Assembly: GCA_030149325.1 (NCBI GenBank)
Contig: JASBRS010000076.1
Coordinates: 15,290 to 79,289 of the forward strand
Length of the DNA stretch: 64,000 nucleotides
DNA from: Deinococci bacterium
GTDB lineage: Bacteria > Deinococcota > Deinococci > Deinococcales > Trueperaceae
Reading direction: 5' to 3'
This document shows positions 1 to 7,407 of the stretch, piece by piece; position 1 is the stretch's first letter; each line of letters starts with the position of its first letter. The position numbers and the translations under genes are program-made. Below the pieces are notes generated by a model, which saw only the letters and a list, made by a program, of their open reading frames with translations, was not told the DNA's origin and did no database searches.

Positions 1-204
1 GACGAGCCCGATCGAGTAGTTCTTCCCCCTCCGCAACCCGCCGGCGGCCTGGTTGGGAACGTACTTCAGCTCGCTCGCAGCGCGCTTGACCCGCTTCAGG
101 GTGTCCGGTGCAAGCAGGTGCGGGGCCCGGAAGGCGCGCTTCGCCGTCGAGTCCGAGACCCCCGCAAGCTTCGCGACGTCGAGGATGGTCGCCATTGGGC
201 TCAT
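1..204 (-). CDS. LacI-family transcriptional regulator, N-terminal HTH portion only (gene runs off the window start)
   Basis: Not in the ORF track because it is truncated. Reverse translation from ATG at 204 (in-frame alternative ATG at 195) reads MSPMATILDVAKLAGVSDSTAKRAFRAPHLLAPDTLKRVKRAASELKYVPNQAAGGLRRGKNYSIGLV. This is the canonical LacI/PurR HTH (TIxDVAxxAGVS ... YxPN) followed by the start of the effector-binding core. Confidence 0.7.
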   Translation of the reverse strand, partial: MSPMATILDVAKLAGVSDSTAKRAFRAPHLLAPDTLKRVKRAASELKYVPNQAAGGLRRGKNYSIGLV

Positions 205-295
205 GGTATGCGAAGGCGGCGGAGGACGAGCACTTCCAGAGTCACGGGACCCCTGCGCGGGTCTGCTGCCTACGCTCGTGTACGCTCGGGCCACC

Positions 296-840
296 ATGAC
301 CTACTCCGTTGGTGAGCTCGGTCCCTCCACCTGGGAGGCCCTCGCCGAGCTGGTCGAGCGCGACCACGGCCTCTTCGGCGGCTGCTGGTGCATCGGCTGG
401 CACCTCACCTCGCGCCACCAGTACGCCGACCACCGGGCCGCCAAGGAGGAGCGGGTGCGCACCGGCAACGCCCACGCCGCCCTGGTGTTCAACGGGGACG
501 GCCTGGCGCAGGGCTGGTGCCAGTACGGCAGCCCGCAGGAGCTGCCCAACATCAAGCACCGCCGCCGCTTCCGGACTGGCGCATCACCTGCTTCTGGGTC
601 GACACGAAGCACCGCGGGCAGGGCATCGTGCGGCTCGCGCTGGGCGGCGCACTGGAGCAGATCGCGCGGCGAGGCGGCGGGCTGGTGGAGGCCATCTCCG
701 AGGTGACGGCGGACCGCACCGCCCACGGTCGCTTCCTGTTCAGCGCGACCGTCGAGCTCTTCGAGGACCACGCCTTCGAGCGCGTGCGGCAGGTGGGAAA
801 GCACGCCTGGATCGTCAGCCGAACGCTCGAACCCGCCTGA
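296..840 (+). pseudogene. GNAT-family N-acetyltransferase with the reading frame broken by a small indel near 560-575 (pseudogene or assembly error)
   Basis: The N-terminal half (MTYSVGELGPSTWEALAELVERDHGLFGGCWCIGWH...YGSPQELPNIKHRR) lies in the frame of ORF 53..706, starting at ATG 296. The C-terminal half (DWRITCFWVDTKHRGQGIVRLALGGALEQIARRGGGLVEA...FERVRQVGKHAWIVSRTLEPA, with the acetyl-CoA loop RGQGI) continues in the frame of ORF 388..840. Neither frame alone gives a complete GNAT fold. Confidence 0.6.
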
Positions 841-934
841 GAGGTCATCGCCGGAGCGCGTCGACACGATCGCCGTGCGGAGCGCGGCGCTGTTCACGGT
901 GTCGGAGGGGAAAGGTTCAGGCTCGGGCCCCGGA

Positions 935-968
935 TGAAGCGGCCGGTCGTCCGTTGATGGCCGCTTCA
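935..968. terminator. GC-rich hairpin between convergent genes (candidate bidirectional terminator)
   Basis: Perfect 10-bp inverted repeat TGAAGCGGCC-N14-GGCCGCTTCA, located between the GNAT stop (840) and the stop of the minus-strand gene at 987. No clear T-tract. Confidence 0.35.
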
Positions 969-986
969 CTCGGGGGTCCTCGCCGC

Positions 987-1289
987 TCAACCGGCGGACG
1001 TCACGGAGCCGTAGATCTCGAAGCGCGCCACGGAGGTGGGGCTGGGGCGGTGGCGGTCCGGGTCTCGGTTGCGAGCTTCCTGGATACGGGCGATCCCGGC
1101 GTCGAACTGCTCTTGCGAGTCGCACACCAGCACCGTCAGACGCCGACCCGCCTCCCGATCGACGAGCCACCAGCCGAGCACGCCGGCGGTCTGTTCGAGC
1201 GCCGGTAGGACCTCGTCCTCGACGTGCTCGATGCCGGCGCGGAGATCTTCGGACGACTCGTTCTCGAAGGACATCACCACTGCGAACAC
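987..1289 (-). CDS. small cytoplasmic protein, dimeric alpha/beta-barrel (ABM/Dabb-like) candidate
   Basis: 100-aa [75 protein letters not shown]... The size and alternating beta/alpha pattern fit ABM-type proteins. It is co-oriented with the next small gene and divergent from MarR. Confidence 0.45.
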   Translation of the reverse strand: MFAVVMSFENESSEDLRAGIEHVEDEVLPALEQTAGVLGWWLVDREAGRRLTVLVCDSQEQFDAGIARIQEARNRDPDRHRPSPTSVARFEIYGSVTSAG

Positions 1290-1332
1290 TAGACACCTCC
1301 TGGTGCGGTGGATCGATGAGCGCGACGGCCGG

Positions 1333-1632
1333 TCAGGCCAGGTGGAAGTCGATGATGTTGTCGAACCACTCGACGCGCGACGGCTGGGCGGCCTTGGCCT
1401 CGCCCAGTGCCGGACCGAGCTGCTCGTGAAGGAACTTCTCCTGGTGCGCCTTCGACTGCCATACCTCGACGACGATCAGCTTGTCGTCCGTCCCCCCGGA
1501 GATGGAGCTGATCAGACCCTCCGGTCGGATCTCAGGACCGGGGACGCCGCCCCAACCCAGGATTCCGTTCACCCGCATGTAGATGCTGCCAGCGTCCGGC
1601 GCCGAGAACTCGAGAACCACGACTTCGGCCAT
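1333..1632 (-). CDS. small ABM/Dabb-like alpha/beta-barrel protein
   Basis: ORF 1333..1869 trimmed to the internal ATG at 1632 ([27 protein letters not shown]...[29 protein letters not shown]...). That ATG is preceded by GGAGGA about 6 nt upstream. The upstream part of the long ORF is Arg/Pro/Cys-rich and non-protein-like. Confidence 0.55.
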   Translation of the reverse strand: MAEVVVLEFSAPDAGSIYMRVNGILGWGGVPGPEIRPEGLISSISGGTDDKLIVVEVWQSKAHQEKFLHEQLGPALGEAKAAQPSRVEWFDNIIDFHLA

Positions 1633-1687
1633 GATCGTTCCTCCATGTCGCAGGGGCTGTTGCAGGCGACAGCGGAATGGTAGTGGA

Positions 1688-1713
1688 AAACTACTTGGCA
1701 TGTCAAGTAGTTT
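1688..1713. promoter_or_regulatory. Candidate MarR operator overlapping the marR promoter
   Basis: Perfect inverted repeat AAACTACTTG-GCATGT-CAAGTAGTTT in the 95-bp divergent intergenic region. It is followed by TACAAT (1716-1721) only 6 nt before the MarR ATG (1728), which implies a very short or absent leader. Confidence 0.5.
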
Positions 1714-1727
1714 GCTACAATGTCGGC

Positions 1728-2171
1728 ATGGCCGCCGGCAATGATGATCGTTGGATGCCGAGTTGGCTGGCCTTGGTGCGCACACGGACCCGCTTGTGGG
1801 ACGAGGTCGAAGCCCAGATGCGCAAGGACCACGGCCTGACCATGGCCCGCTTCGACGTCCTCGCCACACTCGTCAACGCAGGCGGACGCCTGGGCTTGAG
1901 CGACCTAGCCTCCTCGATCCTGCTTACCCAGTCGGGGGTGTCCAAGCTCCTCGATCGGATGGAGCGCTCCGGCCTCGTGCATCGCGAGCCCGACCCACAC
2001 GACGGCCGATCCGCCTTCGCGGCCATCACGCCCCACGGCAGATCCGTGGAAGAGAGAGCCCGCCTCGGCCACCATGAGCTCCTACGGCAACACTTCGGCG
2101 ACGTGCTCGATGACCGCGACCTCGCCGACCTCATCCGCATCATGGGTCGGATCGACGCGTCACTGCCGTAG
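1728..2171 (+). CDS. MarR-family transcriptional regulator
   Basis: MAAGNDDRWMPSWLALVRTRTRLWDEVEAQMRKDHGLTMARFDVLATLVNAGGRLGLSDLASSILLTQSGVSKLLDRMERSGLVHREPDPHDGRSAFAAITPHG... This is a typical MarR winged helix (LT.ARFDVL..L ... L.QS.VS+L+DR+E..GLV.R..DP.D+R). Confidence 0.85.
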   Translation: MAAGNDDRWMPSWLALVRTRTRLWDEVEAQMRKDHGLTMARFDVLATLVNAGGRLGLSDLASSILLTQSGVSKLLDRMERSGLVHREPDPHDGRSAFAAITPHGRSVEERARLGHHELLRQHFGDVLDDRDLADLIRIMGRIDASLP

Positions 2172-2403
2172 CCAAGGCGGCCGCGAACGACCTCGTCCGC
2201 GGGAGCGGTGGGCGGCAACCTCGATCTCCGCAAGGTATGGGCCGCCGGCCTGGGCGACATCGACTGCGACGCGCTCGAACACACCTGGGGCGCGCTCCGG
2301 GACGACCTCTCGCTGGACGGCGACTGAGCGACGCCGGTCCGACCTACGTACCTGCGCTGCTCGACGGCTCTCGCGAGCACCGGCACCGCAACAGCCACAT
2401 ACG

Positions 2404-3105
2404 TCAGGGCGTGGTCCGGGTGCCCTCCAGATAGGCGCTCGCCCTCTCCTGCCGCAAGCGATCGATGGCCAACGAAGCCGGCAGCCGCACCGCGACCTCT
2501 GCCTGAGCACGCGCCCCGCTCTCGTTCCCGACCAGCTGCAGGGCGCGGGCGTACTCGATCCGCAGCTCGATGTCGTCGGGGGCCAGCTCGATCCCCCGCT
2601 CGACCGAGGCAAGCGCGCCATTTCGGCTCGCGCCGAACATCCAACCCACGCCTCGCGCGGTCAGCTCGAGGTTCCACACCCCGAGGCCGACGAGCGCGTT
2701 GGGGTTGTCGGGCTGGATCTCGAGCACCCGCTTCATCAGATCGCGGGTCGTCCCGGCGAGATCGAGGTTCTGAAGCGGGCCCTTGTGGAGGCCCGCCTCG
2801 CCCTTGGCCTGTGCCAGGGTCAGGAGCGCGGCGACGTTCTCGGGATCGAGCGCGAGGGCGCGTTGGGCGGCGTCCTCGGCGCGCTGGTACCAAGCGAGGC
2901 GGTCGCGGTCGCTCGTCGCCTCGAACTTCGCGAACGCCACGGCGGCCTTGGCGGCCAGCGTCTGGGCCGCCGTCGTGTCGGCGAGGATCGCCGCGTCATA
3001 GGCCTGGACGAAGGAGCCTTGCTGGTAGAGCGCCGCCGCATCCTGAGCGCGCACGATGGACAGCGCGGTCAGGAGGGCCAGCGCGACGGGCAGGCACCGC
3101 ATCAC
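2404..3105 (-). CDS. secreted TPR-like repeat protein
   Basis: Signal peptide MMRCLPVALALLTALSIVRAQDA, followed by helical repeats of TPR style (AWYQRAEDAAQRALALDPENVAALLTLAQAKGEAG; MKRVLEIQPDNPNALVGLGVW; VERGIELAPDDIELRIEYARAL). Confidence 0.7.
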   Translation of the reverse strand: MMRCLPVALALLTALSIVRAQDAAALYQQGSFVQAYDAAILADTTAAQTLAAKAAVAFAKFEATSDRDRLAWYQRAEDAAQRALALDPENVAALLTLAQAKGEAGLHKGPLQNLDLAGTTRDLMKRVLEIQPDNPNALVGLGVWNLELTARGVGWMFGASRNGALASVERGIELAPDDIELRIEYARALQLVGNESGARAQAEVAVRLPASLAIDRLRQERASAYLEGTRTTP

Positions 3106-3566
3106 GCCGCGGCCCCACTGGCAATCGGATCGGCGAAGGCCCTGGACAGGCTGCTGCTCATAGCTGACTGCCTTCGATCCCCGGATCGGGGCGATCCGGT
3201 GTCGATGACCTCCATGCTACAGACCGGGTACCGACCGCCGGCCGACGCGGACCACCGAACCGTCGCCAGATCGACCTATCCTTGGCGGTCATCGAAGGAG
3301 GCGTCGCAGAGCGCTCCTCGATCGGTACGGACACGGGCGGCCGCGCACGGGGCCTTCAGGAGCTGGTCGCCAGGTCGTGAGCGACATGCCGCCCGATGGC
3401 CTCCGACTCCTCGGCACCGTCGTGCACGACCCCGGCGAGGCGTGCGGTGCGTCTGCCGGCGCAGCGGCCCGGGCATGGGCGTGCGTCCGGGACATCCGGC
3501 GCTTGACGGCTCGGCCGTACCGGGCCGATACTTGTTTGGCCTCTTTGGCCTTCTTGGGATCTTTGC

Positions 3567-4292
3567 ATGGAACTGACCGGCCGCCAGGAAGCGTTCATCC
3601 GCAACCTCGTCGATCTCTACCTCGAGCACGCCGAGCCCATCCACTACTCGCGCCTGGCGGAGCGCCTGGGCGTCAGCCCCTTCACGGCCTACGACATGAT
3701 GAAGCTCCTGGAGGAGCGCGGCTACGTCCGTTCCGAATACCAGCTCCCGGAAGGCAAGCCCCAGACGGGACGCTCGATCATCGTGTTCGCGCCCACGCCG
3801 AAGGCACACCAGGTCATCGCGGAGCTCACCGCCGACGCCCCGCAGGGCGACTGGGAGGACGTCAAGGACGCGCTCCTCGACCGCGTTCGCAGCGGCCGCT
3901 TCGAGGACAGCGACGTCGTCATCGATGTCCTGGCACGCGTGCCCCAGGACGATCCACCCGTCCTGCGCTACTGCACCGAGGTCGCCACCGTCCTCACCTT
4001 GCGCGTGTGGCGATCGAGCGCCTGGGCGCGGCTGAGCCGCCACATCGAGCCTCTGCTCGCCTCCAACGGGGCCGTCTCCCGGGAGACGCTCCTGCTCCTC
4101 GCCGGCTCCGCCGTCGGAGCCCTCGCCGGAGACAGCGACAGCGACGACACCTGGCTCGAGGAGATGGCGGGCCACACCGAGACCTATCTGGGATACGTCA
4201 GCGCCATGGCCGACGACGACTGTCGGCGCCTGGCCACGAACCTGAGAGATGCCCTCGACCCCCTCGTCGCCGACGAAGGGGCGGGACGGTGA
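3567..4292 (+). CDS. winged-helix (DtxR/MarR-like N-terminus) putative transcriptional regulator with an uncharacterised C-terminal domain
   Basis: The N-terminus LTGRQEAFIRNLVDLYLEHAEPIHYSRLAERLGVSPFTAYDMMKLLEERGYVRSE resembles the DtxR-type wHTH. The remaining ~170 aa match no family I recognise. It lies 85 nt upstream of, and co-oriented with, the RND gene. Confidence 0.55.
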   Translation: MELTGRQEAFIRNLVDLYLEHAEPIHYSRLAERLGVSPFTAYDMMKLLEERGYVRSEYQLPEGKPQTGRSIIVFAPTPKAHQVIAELTADAPQGDWEDVKDALLDRVRSGRFEDSDVVIDVLARVPQDDPPVLRYCTEVATVLTLRVWRSSAWARLSRHIEPLLASNGAVSRETLLLLAGSAVGALAGDSDSDDTWLEEMAGHTETYLGYVSAMADDDCRRLATNLRDALDPLVADEGAGR

Positions 4293-4377
4293 GGACGCGA
4301 TCGATGACCCGACAGCGCGAGTTCTTTGGTCTCTTGGGTAGCCTGCAGGCACCGCGGCGCGATTCTGAGGGCCCGTC

Positions 4378-6642
4378 ATGAGGAGCCTGGCTGCGTTCGC
4401 CATACGGCGGAGCCGACTCGTCATCGCCGGCTTCGCCGTCCTGACCCTCCTGTTGGGCGCGGGCCTAACGCGGATGAAGTTCGACGACTCGATCGAGTCG
4501 ATGTACCCGGTCGACGCCCCGTTGACCGTCCTGGAACACCAACTGGAGAAGACCTTCGGTGCGGGCAAGCTGCTCGTGGCGGTGGTCGAGGGCGACATCT
4601 ACACCCCGCAGGCCCTGACCGACCTGTCGAGCCTGACCACCGCCCTGCAACGGATCCCCGGCGTGGAGCGCGTCACCAGCGTCGCCAACGCCACACGTAT
4701 GGCCGACGACGACGGCCTGTTGCGCATCGACAAGGTGGTCGATCCGCAGCACCTGGCCGCGAACGACATCGCCGGGATCCGCGACTTCCTGGCGACCTCG
4801 AGCCTCTACGGACACGGGCGCCTCGTGAACGCGCAGGGCACGGCCGCCTCGGTGCTCATGCAGATCTCCTCCAGCGGCAACCCCCACGCCGTCGTGGCCG
4901 CCGTACGCGAAGCGCTCGCCGCCGATTGGCCCGGAGCGGCCCACCTGGCCGGCTCGCCGCTGTTCGAGGTCGAGATGCGCTCCATCGCCCTCCGGGACCT
5001 GCCGTTGCTGGTCGGCCTGGCCGCGCTGTTGATCGTCCTGATGCTGTACCTGAACTTCCGATCGTTCCGCGGCGCCTTCCTACCCCTGCTCGCCGTGGGC
5101 ATCGGCGGGGTCTGGGCGGTGGGAGCGATGGGTTGGCTCGGGGCCGCCCTGACCGTCCTCAACGTCATCGGCCTGGTGGCCATCCTGGCGGTCGGCAGCT
5201 CGTTCTCCCTGCACCTGCTCGGGCGCTACGCCTACGAGCTCGCCACGGGCCGGAACAAGGACGACGCCATCCGCCTGGCGGCGAGCGAGACCGGCCTCGG
5301 CGTACTGATCTCCGGCGTGGCGATCTCGGCCGCGATGACGACGCTGGTGCTCTCCTCCATCCCCACCGTCCGTGCCATGGGCCTGCTCACGGCCGCTGGC
5401 GTGCTGGCCGCGCTGGTGGCGTCGCTCCTGCTCCTCCCGGCGATCCTCCACCTCTTGCCGGTCCCACGGCGCCTCCCCGAGCACGAGGGGCGGGCCGGCT
5501 CGGGCCGTCCGCTGCGCGGCCTGACCCGCTTCGTGATCCGCCGCAAGCGCACGATCCTGGTGGTGGCCGTCCTACTCGCCGCCGTCGGCGCCATCGGCGC
5601 CACCCGCATCGTGCCCGATACCGCCGTGTTGAACTACTTCCGCAAGGACTCCGCCCTGCGGCAGAGCTTCGACCTCGTGGCCCGCGTCTTCGGGGGCACC
5701 AGCCAGGTGGAGGTGCAGGTCAAGGGCGACCTGACCGACCCCGCGTTGCTGCGCGCCATGCTCGCCTTCGAGCACGGCGTCGACGCCATCCCCGGCGTGG
5801 GCGCGAGCACGTCCATCGCCGACGTCATCCAGACCATCCACGGGGCCCTCACGGGCTCGGCCGGCCTTCCCGACACGCCGCAGGCGGTCGCCCAGGAGCT
5901 GCTGGTCTACCAGATGTCCGGCAACGTGAGCGACATCACCCAGTTGATGACGCTCGACCACAGCCAGGGCCTCATCCAGATCACCACCAGCGCCACCTCC
6001 ACGGAGAGCGTCCAGAAGATGCTCCACGCCATCGAGGGCGTGGCCGCCACCACCATCGGGGACCGCGCCCAGCTGGGCTACACCGGCCCTCTGCTCCTGC
6101 AGCTCGCCATCCAGGACGCCCTGCTGCACGACTTCATCGTGAGCCTGACCCTGGCGATCGGCCTCGTGGTGATCATCGACAGCCTCGTCCGGTCGCTGGC
6201 GGCCGCATTGGTGACGATCTTGGCGCTCCTCGTCACCATCGTGCTGCAGTACGGCGTTCTCGGCTACCTCGGGTTGCCGCTCGACCTGGCGACCATGCTG
6301 CTGGGTACGCTCGCCATCGGCGTCGGGGACTACGCCATCCACCTCACGGTCCGCTACATGGAGGAGCGCCGGCGTGGTCGGCCACCGGAGGCGGCCATGG
6401 AGCAGAGCCTCATGACCTCGGGCCGCTCCATCGTGTTCACGGCCCTCACCCTGGGCGCCGGCTTCGCGGCCATGATCACCAGCAACTTCGTGCCCATCCG
6501 CACCCTGGGCATGCTGATGGACTTCACGGTCGTGTCGATCGGCGTCATGTCGCTGACCGTGTTGCCCGCGGCGTGTCTCGTGTTCCTACGCAACCCCCGC
6601 CCGCTGAGGGCAAGGAAAGGCGAGGTATCCACGCATGTCTAG
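4378..6642 (+). CDS. RND-superfamily exporter of the MMPL/HpnN (COG1033-like) type
   Basis: 754 aa with an internally duplicated architecture: TM1, a ~170-aa periplasmic loop, then 5 TM, twice. Examples are LRDLPLLVGLAALLIVLMLYLNFRSFRGAFLPLLAVGIGGVWAVGAMGW... in the first half and HDFIVSLTLAIGLVVIIDSLVRSLAAALVTILALLVTIVLQYGVLGYLG... in the second. The periplasmic loops are much smaller than in AcrB-type pumps. Confidence 0.85.
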   Translation: MRSLAAFAIRRSRLVIAGFAVLTLLLGAGLTRMKFDDSIESMYPVDAPLTVLEHQLEKTFGAGKLLVAVVEGDIYTPQALTDLSSLTTALQRIPGVERVTSVANATRMADDDGLLRIDKVVDPQHLAANDIAGIRDFLATSSLYGHGRLVNAQGTAASVLMQISSSGNPHAVVAAVREALAADWPGAAHLAGSPLFEVEMRSIALRDLPLLVGLAALLIVLMLYLNFRSFRGAFLPLLAVGIGGVWAVGAMGWLGAALTVLNVIGLVAILAVGSSFSLHLLGRYAYELATGRNKDDAIRLAASETGLGVLISGVAISAAMTTLVLSSIPTVRAMGLLTAAGVLAALVASLLLLPAILHLLPVPRRLPEHEGRAGSGRPLRGLTRFVIRRKRTILVVAVLLAAVGAIGATRIVPDTAVLNYFRKDSALRQSFDLVARVFGGTSQVEVQVKGDLTDPALLRAMLAFEHGVDAIPGVGASTSIADVIQTIHGALTGSAGLPDTPQAVAQELLVYQMSGNVSDITQLMTLDHSQGLIQITTSATSTESVQKMLHAIEGVAATTIGDRAQLGYTGPLLLQLAIQDALLHDFIVSLTLAIGLVVIIDSLVRSLAAALVTILALLVTIVLQYGVLGYLGLPLDLATMLLGTLAIGVGDYAIHLTVRYMEERRRGRPPEAAMEQSLMTSGRSIVFTALTLGAGFAAMITSNFVPIRTLGMLMDFTVVSIGVMSLTVLPAACLVFLRNPRPLRARKGEVSTHV

Positions 6643-7405
6643 TCGCAGACGCATCGCGCTCCTGACCGTCCTCTCGATCGCAGGCACCTTGGGTCTGGCG
6701 CAGGCCCAGAAGTACACCACCGGCGAGGAGGTCATGAACGCCGTCGACGCCAAACCGACGCCGTCGAACCTCATCACCACCATGACGATGACCATCACCA
6801 CGGCATCCGGGCAGTCGCTGACGCGTCAGATGCAGGTGTGGAGCGCCGACGACGGCAACAAGGAGGTCGTCAAGTTCACGGCCCCGGCAGACATCAAGGG
6901 TTCGGGCTTCCTGTCGACGACCCTGCCCGACGGCTCCAAGCAGTCCATGATCTACCTGCCTGCGCTCGACCGGACCCGCCGCATCGCGAGCGGACAGCAG
7001 CAGGAGTCGTTCTTCGGCTCGGACTTCTCCTACGAGGACATCACCGACCTGCAGAGCGGCACCAACAAGAAGTACGACAGCAAGCTGCTCAAGACCGATC
7101 CAGGGCCGGTCTACGTGGTGGAGGCGACGCCCAGGCCCGGTGCCGACACCGCCTACGACAAGCTCGTGCTCCAGATCCCCGAAGCGACGCTCATCCCTAC
7201 GAAGATCGAGTTCTACCGTGACGGTTCCCTGCTCAAGGTCATGACCATCCACAAGACGGTGGAGGTCGGCGGCTACACCCTGCCCAGCGACTTCGAGATG
7301 AAGACGGTGGCCAGCGGCTCCACCACGACCATCCAGGAGAGCGACTTCCAGGTCCAGGACTCCATCCCGGACGAGGTGTTCACCGAGCGTTTCCTGAGGA
7401 GGTGA
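6635..7405 (+). CDS. periplasmic LolA-like / outer-membrane lipoprotein-sorting-like protein
   Basis: Signal peptide MSSRRRIALLTVLSIAGTLGLAQAQ. The mature sequence (MTMTITTASGQSLTRQMQVWSADDGNKEVVKFTAPADIKGSGFL ... SMIYLPALDRTRRIASGQQQESFFGSDFSYEDI ... YVVEATPRP ... KIEFYRDGSLLKVMT) follows the pattern I associate with LolA_like/DUF1329-type half-barrels. The start overlaps the RND stop by 8 nt. Confidence 0.65.
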   Translation: MSSRRRIALLTVLSIAGTLGLAQAQKYTTGEEVMNAVDAKPTPSNLITTMTMTITTASGQSLTRQMQVWSADDGNKEVVKFTAPADIKGSGFLSTTLPDGSKQSMIYLPALDRTRRIASGQQQESFFGSDFSYEDITDLQSGTNKKYDSKLLKTDPGPVYVVEATPRPGADTAYDKLVLQIPEATLIPTKIEFYRDGSLLKVMTIHKTVEVGGYTLPSDFEMKTVASGSTTTIQESDFQVQDSIPDEVFTERFLRR

Positions 7406-7407
7406 CC

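Noticed and set aside
4326-6665. 779-aa plus-strand ORF overlapping the RND gene in another frame. Analogous alternate-frame ORFs overlap rhaI/rhaB (22049..24232), the beta-barrel gene (7545..8837) and others.
   Set aside because: The products are extreme Arg/Pro/Gly/His low-complexity sequences. The overlapping frame encodes a well-formed 12-TM transporter (or another recognisable protein).
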